NCBI GenBank assembly: GCA_000004695.1
Contig: CM000154.2
Location: forward strand, 4,096,001 to 4,160,000
DNA: 64,000 bases
Reading direction: 5' to 3'
Origin: Dictyostelium discoideum
Lineage: Eukaryota
Shown here: positions 55,099 through 64,000 of the stretch, one piece after another
Numbering within the stretch: the first letter of the stretch is position 1
How the letters are laid out: each line of letters begins with the position of its first letter
The notes under the pieces: generated by a model
Database searches by the model: none
What the model was told of the DNA's origin: nothing
The model's input: the letters and a program-made list of their open reading frames with translations, nothing else
Program-made: the position numbers and the translations under genes

Positions 55099-55800
55099 TT
55101 ATAACTTTTTACCTGCTCTTGATAAATAACGAGCTAATAATGGTACAGTGATTAAAGTGAGTGGAGTACGAACTACTGTTGAAATTTTTGTACAAGCAAA
55201 TGCAACAGCAAATGCACCTAAACTTGGGTTAACAGCATTACGTGGAATATGTAAAAAGTCAAGTGCATTGTTGATATCAACACCTGATGAGAATAATACA
55301 TAGAAACTACCCATTGTTGCGAAATAAATACCAAAATGAACTATTAATGCCAATTTACCATATTTGCTAAACATATATTTAATTTTTTCACCTGTACTTA
55401 ATTTTTTTAATTTCTCTTTTTCATCAATACCATCATCATCATCGTCGTTGTCTTTTTTATTCTCTTTTTCATTTTTTTTTTCATTATCTTTTTCATTATC
55501 TTTTTCTTGTTTTGGTGAATTTGGTAAATTTGATGATGATGAGAATTTTCTAATATTTGATACTATTGGTAAAATTGAATTATTTGAAAATAATGATATA
55601 TTATTATTATTTAATTTATTATTTTTATTAATACCAATACTTGTATTAAATAAAGATTTGTTATTATTATTTTCATAGCACAATGGTGTAATAATTTTAT
55701 TACTATTATTATTATTATAATTTAATGGTTTATTTGAAAAATTTCTATATAAATAATTTGTTTTAACAAAAGTGTTAAATGTTCTAATTGATTTTAACAT
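55099..55800 (-). CDS. FAM210/DUF1279-like protein (probable mitochondrial), Asn-rich N-terminus
   Basis: C-terminal KYMFSKYGKLALIVHFGIYFATMGSFYVLFSSGVD...LLARYLSRAGK resembles the DUF1279 core. The N-terminus MLKSIRTFNTFVKTNYLYRNFS is presequence-like. An acidic KE-rich linker is present. Confidence 0.55.
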   Translation of the reverse strand: MLKSIRTFNTFVKTNYLYRNFSNKPLNYNNNNSNKIITPLCYENNNNKSLFNTSIGINKNNKLNNNNISLFSNNSILPIVSNIRKFSSSSNLPNSPKQEKDNEKDNEKKNEKENKKDNDDDDDGIDEKEKLKKLSTGEKIKYMFSKYGKLALIVHFGIYFATMGSFYVLFSSGVDINNALDFLHIPRNAVNPSLGAFAVAFACTKISTVVRTPLTLITVPLLARYLSRAGKKL

Positions 55801-56367
55801 TTTTTTTTATTTTTATTTTTTTATTTTTCAAAATGAATAACAACAAACGGGTTAATAATAAAAATAATAAAAAGATATGAAAAAAATGAAAAAAAAAAAA
55901 ATTTTTATTTTAAAAAAAATAAAAAAAAAAAAATTAAAAATAAAAAAAAATTAAAGTAAAATAAAAAATCTCAATTTCGGAATGATTGCGTTTTGAAATT
56001 CAATTAAAAAAAAAAAAAAGAAATTAGGTCATTAAAATTCTCTTAACCAAATTTTAATTATTATTAATATTTTTATTATTATTGTTATAAAAAAATTATG
56101 AATTTTTTCCAAAAATAAAATAAATAAAAAATAAAATACATATCTTTAATTTACAATTATTTAAACATTTTTTATTTTTTTGTTTATTATTTATTTTTTT
56201 ATTTTTATTGTTGTAATTAAAATTATTTTAAAAATAATTCAAATTTGCCCACTTTTTGTAATTTAGTATATTTTTTATTGGAATTCATATAAAATTAATA
56301 TGAACGATTTTTGCAATAATTAAAATATTTAATTTTTTTTTTATTTATTTAAATTTATTTTTATTTA

Positions 56368-58173
56368 TTATTTTTTAAATATATAATATTTTAACTTTAT
56401 ATAGTTATAATAAATTGAAAAATTATTTTTTAAAAAGTAAGGACATAATGTTGTACAATTTGTTTCAATTACAATTTTATAAAGTGAAGGATGATCTTGA
56501 ATGGTTAAAAGTAGGGATTGAATATGATCTTGAGTTATATCATTTGAAGTTAAAAGTGTTAATGTTTTCAAAGTTGTATTTGTTGAAAGGGAATTTAAAA
56601 TTTGAGAAAATTCTTGTTTACCAATTGAAGCCTTTAAATTTTCAATTGAACCATTTCTATCATTTGTTAAGAGTCTAGAGATAAAAGTATTTACAAACAA
56701 TCTATTATCATTCAACAATACCAATTTCTTTAAATTTCTTGATTTACCAGAGATATTATTAATTAAATTGTCGATCTCTAAAAGTTGACAACATTTTAAA
56801 TGAGCTTGATAATCCAAAGTCAATGAGGTTAATCGATTATTTTCACTTATAAAACTTGTGAAAACTGGTGTATTAATTCTCAACTTTTTTAAATTTACTT
56901 TCTCTTGAAATAAAAACTCTATAAACTCCCTATTGAATACCCTTGACATATCATCCGATATGAAATCAATTGACAAAGTTTCCAAGGTTTTCTCTTCTTG
57001 TAAATACTTTTGAAATGAACCAATATTAAATTTCTCTTGATCAACTACATTAAAGAAAACTATTGATAATGATAAATAAAGTGATCTTAATTTTGGTAAC
57101 CTTGATAAACCTGAAAAAAATGCTTCACTTGAAATACTACTAAATAAATTTGAATCATCAAATATAATAATTAAATCCTTTAAATTATTTAATCTATTAT
57201 GATGTAATGAACAAACTAATTCTTGTAACATAAAAATTGATACTGATTCTAAATGTAATGATTTTAAATTTGAAACATTTTTTGATGAAATATATGATCT
57301 AATACATGTTGTAGTTGGAGTTGTTGATGGTGATGGTGATGGTGCTGATGATGGTGTTGTTATTACTCCCGATCCCAATGATGACGATGACGATGAGGAT
57401 GATAATGTACATTTTTGAAATGTTGATGATAATAATTGTGGAATTGTAGTTGTTGACATTACAACAGGTAATTTAATTTGAATTTTATCAGATCTACCAC
57501 CATCTTCTTCTAAAAATAATAAAGAGAATGATTCTAATCTTAAATTATTTAAACATTTATTTAATTGAGATAATGCCTTAAAACAACATTTTCCATTAAA
57601 TTGCACTGAAACATTTTTAATGGTATCAACACTTGAAAATAATAATGCTAAATCATTCTCTTCCATACTGTATCCATTATATTCTAATTCAATTGATTCT
57701 AATGCTGAAAATAAACATCTAATAGCTGATACTATATTAAAAGATGAATTGGTGGATGTAGTAGTAGTACTTGCAACAGCAGTAGTAGTAGTAGAATTAT
57801 TATTATCATATGATTGTTGTGATAATAAAGGTATTCTAAATAATCTTTTAAAATCATTTGTTGAGATTTGAATTTTCTTTGGTGAAAATCTAAACAATGT
57901 GAATTTATTTAATTTATAGTGATAAAATATATTTATATCTTTTTCTAAAGTCATTGTTTCTTCTGATCTTGTTAAATCTAAATTTTCACTACAATACATT
58001 GATATGAAATAATGGAATCTCCAAGACACTAATGATAATGAAATTTTCCATCTTCTACAACTATATGTATCTCTCCAACAAAATCCAACTATTATCTTTT
58101 GTATTAAACAATTGTTTAATATATTTTTTATATTTAAATTATGTAATTCTTTTGATGATAATTGACATTTAAA

Positions 58174-58208
<35 letters not shown>

Positions 58209-58242
58209 TGTTATTATTATTATTTTGTATATTAAAATCCAT
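56368..58242 (-). CDS. Hypothetical protein (poly-Asn N-terminus, Ser/Thr/Pro-rich linker; possibly F-box/LRR-like)
   Basis: Single 624-aa ORF, non-repetitive over most of its length. No family recognised with confidence. Confidence 0.5.
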
Positions 58243-59255
58243 ACTACTGCTGTCGCCTACATTGTTACAAATATTTAGAGATTGAATTTTTGGTTGATTT
58301 AATTTGATATTTAAAATATATATATATAATTAAAAAAACAATAATAATAATAATAATAAAAAGAATTTATTATTATTTTTTATTGTTTTTTTGTTTTTAT
58401 TTTATTTTATTTTATTTTATTTTGTTTATTATTTATTATTTCTTTTTTTGTAAATTTTTTTTTTTTGACAGAATTATTATTATTATTAATATTATTATTG
58501 TTCTTGAGAAAATGGGAAAATGGGAAATTTTAATTTTTTTTTATTTTTTATTTTTTATTTAATAACTAAAAATATATTAAAAAAAAAAATAATAATAATA
58601 AAATAATAATAATTTATTATTATTATTATAATTATTAAAATATGACAGTATTGTATTACAAATATATGTGAAAATAAGAAAGGAAAAAAAAAAAAAAAAA
58701 AAAAAACAAAAAAAAAAAAAATTTATAAAATAAAAAATTCGAAACCCCTTCTGGAACCTGTTTAAAAACCAATTTTTATTTTTATTTTTTTAAATTTTAA
58801 TTTTTTTTTTTTAAGATTTTTTCGAGACTATAAAAAACCAATTGTTTTTGTTTTAAATCACCAATCCCATTTATTTATGGGAATAATTTTTAATTTTTAT
58901 TTCCAGAATTAAAAATAATAATATTAAATTTACATTTCGTATTTGAAAAATGCAAATTAACTCATTATTATTATTATTTTTCTATTTTATTTTTATTTTT
59001 TTGCAAATTGTTTAAGATCAATTTGGATTTTCTTTCTCGAATATTCATTTTCTCAAATATAAAACAATAAAAAAAAAAAAATAATAAAAATTAAAAAAAA
59101 AAATAAAAAAAAAAATAAAAAATAATGTGATGATTTTAAATCAAACCAGATTTTTTTTTTTTTACTTCAGAAGAAAGTTCTGAATTTAAAACCTAATTTT
59201 AGTATTTTCCCTAAAAAGAAAATTTAATATTATTTTAATTTAACAAACCACCTTC

Positions 59256-59290
<35 letters not shown>

Positions 59291-59505
59291 AAAAAACCTT
59301 CAAATTCTGAATTGTTCTGGCACTGTTTTGGAACCAATTGATTATTTCCTTTTTTTTATTTTATTTATAAATTAAAATCATTTTTATATATTTTAATATT
59401 TCCTTATTATACAACACTACTTTTTATTTTAAATATTTTTTTTTTTTTAATATTTCCCAAATTTTGATAGCCTTTTTTTTTTTTTTTTTTTTTTTGATTG
59501 TTTTG

Positions 59506-59543
<38 letters not shown>

Positions 59544-60062
59544 TTCCCCTTTTATGTGCCTTGTGTTTTTCTTTTAACCTGATTGGGATAACGCCTTTTT
59601 TTTTTTTTTTTTTTTTAATTTAAAATTAAATTAATATTTTTAATTTTTTAATTTTTTTCTAAGTTTTTCTTCCCACACGCAATTACAATTGTGTTTTTTT
59701 TTTTATTTTTTTTTTAATTTTTTTTTAATTTTTTTTTTTTTTTTTTATTTTTTTTTTATTTTTTTTTTATTTTTTTTTTATTTTTTAATTTTTTTTTTTT
59801 TTTTTTGGTTTTTTTTTTTATATTTTTTTTATATTAATAAAAAACTTAAATGTTTATTTAATAAATAAGATATTTCTTTTTATGCATTCAACACTAATAT
59901 CATAGTGCTCAAAATCAAAACCAATAAAACTTAAATAAATATAATTTTAAAAAATAAAATAAAATAAATAAAAAAAATAATCATCACGATACCCTTTTAT
60001 AATATTACGTAAAATTTTCACATATAAAATTACAAATCTTTAAAAATAAAAAATAAAACAAA

Positions 60063-61022
<960 letters not shown>

Positions 61023-61354
61023 CCCTTTTTTTTTTTTCTTTAAACCTATTTATAAAATAAAAAAAAAAAAAAAAAAAAAAATATTTAAAAAAAAAAAAAA
61101 AATCAAAAAAAAAAATTATAATTTATTGTTTATTTTATTTTTTATTATTGTTTTTTTTTTTTTTGATCTTCATTTTTACCAAAATCATAAGATTTTTACA
61201 TTATTACTATTACCCACTCCCCCTTTTTTTTTTTTAATTTTAATTTTAATTTTATTTTTATTTTTAATTTTTATTTTTCAATTAATATTTCCAAATTTTT
61301 TTTTTTTATTAATTTTTATTTTTTATATTTTTTGTTTTATTTTTTTTTTTTTTA

Positions 61355-61723
61355 ATGCAAAGAGTTTTAAATAAAATTATTTCAAAAGATACAATTAATA
61401 CTATGGGTAAAGTAGCAATTTCTAAAAAAGTTGAAAAACTTAGAACCTTTATGAAGGATCAATCATTATCAGCCTATATTGTACCAAGTGAAGATGCACA
61501 TCAAAGTGAATATATTTGTGTTAAAGATAAAAGAAGAGAATATATTAGTGGATTCAGTGGTAGTGCTGGTTGTGTTGTAATCACATTAGATAATCAATTA
61601 TTATGGACTGATGGTCGTTATTGGTTACAAGCTGAAAAAGAATTAGAATCAAATTGGAAAATAATGAAAGATCGTGTTGTTGGTGAACCAACAATTCAAG
61701 ATTGGTTATTATCTGTAAATAAT

Positions 61724-61763
<40 letters not shown>

Positions 61764-63334
61764 TTAATAATAATTAATAATAATACTAATATTATAAATT
61801 TTTATTTTAGAATTTAAATAAAGAAAATAAAGTTGGTATTGATAGTAGATTAATTTCAAAAGGTTATTATGATAGTATGAAATTAGTATTAAAAGAGAAA
61901 TCAATTGATATTAAATTTGATGAAGATGGTGAAAATTTAATTGATAAAGTTAGAGAAAGTTTTAAAGATGAAGAGGAAATACCAGAGTATCCAAAGAATT
62001 CAATTTTCTTTTTAGAGGATAAATTCACAGGTAAACAATCCAATGAGAAATTAAAAGAGATTAGAGAAGAGATGAAGAAACAATCAGCTGATTTAATGGT
62101 GGTTTCAGCATTGGATGAAATCGCTTGGTTATTAAATTTAAGAGGTTCAGATATCTCTTTTAATCCAGTGTTTTTATCATATGTTGTAGTTGAACATGAA
62201 AAAGTTACACTTTTCGTTGACGAGAGTAAATTAAATGATAAAACTAAATCACAATTACCAAGTGGTATTGCAATTTCACCATATAGTTCAGTTTTTGAAT
62301 ATTTAAGAAACTCTGATAAACAAGGTAAAAAGATTTGGATTGATCCACGTTCAAGTGTAGCTTTGTATAATTGTGTATCAATTTCAAATTTACTCGAAAA
62401 GATTAACCCAATTCTATTGTCAAAAGCAATTAAAAATGAAACTGAAATTCAAGGTATGAAGAATGCACATATTCGTGATGCCGTTGCATTGATTCAATTC
62501 TTGGCATGGATGGAAGAGGAGATCGTAGAGAAATCTGATGAAACTTCTCATACTGAATATAGTGTATGTGAGAAATTGGAAGGTTTCCGTCGTCAACAAA
62601 CTGATTTCGTTAGTCTTTCATTCGATACAATTTCATCAATAAATGCAAATGGTGCAATCATTCACTATAAACCAGATGAAACTACATCGGCTACAATTGT
62701 GAAAGGAATGTATTTGGTCGATAGTGGTGCACAATATTTGGATGGTACCACTGATGTAACTCGTACACTTCACTATGGTAAACCAACTCAACATGAAATC
62801 GATTGTTATACTCGTGTATTACGTGGTCATGTTGGTTTAAGTCTTTTGAAATTTCCAAATCGTGTAAATGGTCGTGATATCGATTGTGTTGCTAGAACTC
62901 ATCTTTGGTCGGTTGGTTTGGATTATGCTCATGGAACTGGTCATGGTGTTGGTTCCTTCTTAAATGTTCACGAAGGTCCACAAGGTATCTCTTATCGTGC
63001 AATCGCCAACCCAACCAATCTTCAAGCTGGTATGACATTAACCAATGAACCAGGTTATTATGAATCTGGTAATTTTGGTATCCGTATTGAAAATGTTATG
63101 ATTGTTGCACCAGTTACAACTCAATTCAATAATGGTAAATTCATTGGTTTTGATAATATCACTTTAGTACCATATGAACGTAAATTAATTAATTTAGAAA
63201 TGTTAACAAAAGATGAAATTAACTTTATCAATGATTATTATAAAGAAATTGGTGAAAAAATTTTACCATTAATTGAAAAAACAAATAATCAAAAATCAAT
63301 TAATTGGTTAAAGAATCAAATTAAACCATTATAA
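61355..63334 (+). CDS. xpnpep1: Xaa-Pro aminopeptidase (aminopeptidase P, M24B family), exons 61355..61714 and 61811..63334
   Basis: Collinear with human XPNPEP1 as I recall it (unchecked): YIVPSEDAHQSEYI, WTDGRYWLQAEKELESNWKIMK, DEIAWLLNLRGSDISFNPVFLSYVVV, HIRDAVALIQFLAWMEEE, GAIIHYKP, DGTTDVTRTLHYGKPT, HGTGHGVGSFLNVHEGPQGIS, NEPGYYESGNFGIRIEN. Donor TCT|GTAAAT at 61715 and acceptor ttttAG at 61809-10. Both exons are phase 0. The track split this into two ORFs. Confidence 0.9.
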
Positions 63335-63417
63335 AAAAAAAAAAAGTAAAATAATAAATAATAAATAAATAAATTTTCTTATTAATTAATTCTTTATTGT
63401 TTTTTTTATTTATTTAT

Positions 63418-64000
63418 TTATTTTTCTAATTGATTTGAAATCCAAATTGGCCATTCATCAAAATTAATATTTAAAGATTTAATTTCATCAAACATATCAA
63501 AAATTGAACGACTCATTGACCAACCCATTTGAGCACCTTGTAATTTAAGAGAACGAGCAATGGCAAAGAAATATTTCTCTCTAATTGTATCGATTTCCAA
63601 TTGAATTGATTGTAATTTTTCAGAAGATTCATTTGTTTTTTGATTAATATCAATGTGATATTGTTTATTCATTTCTTCAACTTGATATTCTAAATTATCG
63701 ATTTTACCAGATTTATCTTGTAATTCTTTTTCCAATTGTTTAATATTCAATTCTTGATTTGAGATAATATCCAATTGTTGTTGTAACTCTGAAGAGTCTG
63801 GTGATGTATTTAATGATTGAGTCTTTAATCTTTGATTCAATGTATCAATTTCATTCTTCCAACCATCATTCTCTTCTTCCAATTGTTGACATTTCAATTC
63901 ATTCTCTTGTTTATTCTTATTAAATTGTTGACATAAATCTTGTAATTGTTGTTCTAATTGTTGATTCTTTTCTTTTAATTCATTAATAATTTCTTCTTTT
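63418..64000 (-). CDS. Coiled-coil protein, C-terminal portion (5'-partial; continues beyond the window end)
   Basis: The minus-strand frame stays open from the window edge to a stop at 63418. Heptad-like, Q/E/L-rich sequence (QQLEEENDGWKNEIDTLNQRLKTQS...LEKELQDKSGKIDNLEYQVEEMNKQY...) followed by a short non-coiled tail. Confidence 0.6.
   Translation of the reverse strand, partial: KEEIINELKEKNQQLEQQLQDLCQQFNKNKQENELKCQQLEEENDGWKNEIDTLNQRLKTQSLNTSPDSSELQQQLDIISNQELNIKQLEKELQDKSGKIDNLEYQVEEMNKQYHIDINQKTNESSEKLQSIQLEIDTIREKYFFAIARSLKLQGAQMGWSMSRSIFDMFDEIKSLNINFDEWPIWISNQLEK

Overview
This 64 kb window is very AT-rich (roughly 75-80% by eye) and reads as Dictyostelium discoideum-like nuclear DNA. 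Genes are dense on both strands. Introns are short and AT-rich with GTAAGT/GTATGT donors and AG acceptors. Promoters and 3' ends carry poly(A)/poly(T) homopolymers. Coding poly-Asn/Gln/Thr microsatellites are pervasive. I saw no prokaryotic signals (CRISPR, tRNA/rRNA genes, operons), so any 'system' here is eukaryotic. Reading exon by exon, the six-frame ORF track under-calls several genes and splits others. Supported content: a 5'-partial type I highly reducing polyketide synthase (228..8349) with a 0.43 kb relic copy of its KS-end exon just downstream; a TKL-like protein kinase; an alpha/beta hydrolase; a three-exon FKBP15/WAFL-like gene; a tandem F-box-like paralog pair, one degenerate; a PH-like + RNI-type LRR + RhoGAP gene; a giant (ENNQDG[G])n repeat gene interrupted by a 100-N assembly gap, with a relic partial duplicate upstream; a four-exon atg8-like gene with an apparent 1-nt frameshift; an IQ-motif RhoGEF (DH-PH); a FAM210/DUF1279-like protein; a two-exon PRELI/MSF1 gene; a two-exon Xaa-Pro aminopeptidase (M24B); a Cys-rich secreted-protein gene absent from the ORF track; and several hypothetical low-complexity proteins. 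Many long ORFs in the track are artefacts of trinucleotide or hexanucleotide repeats read in the wrong frame or strand.
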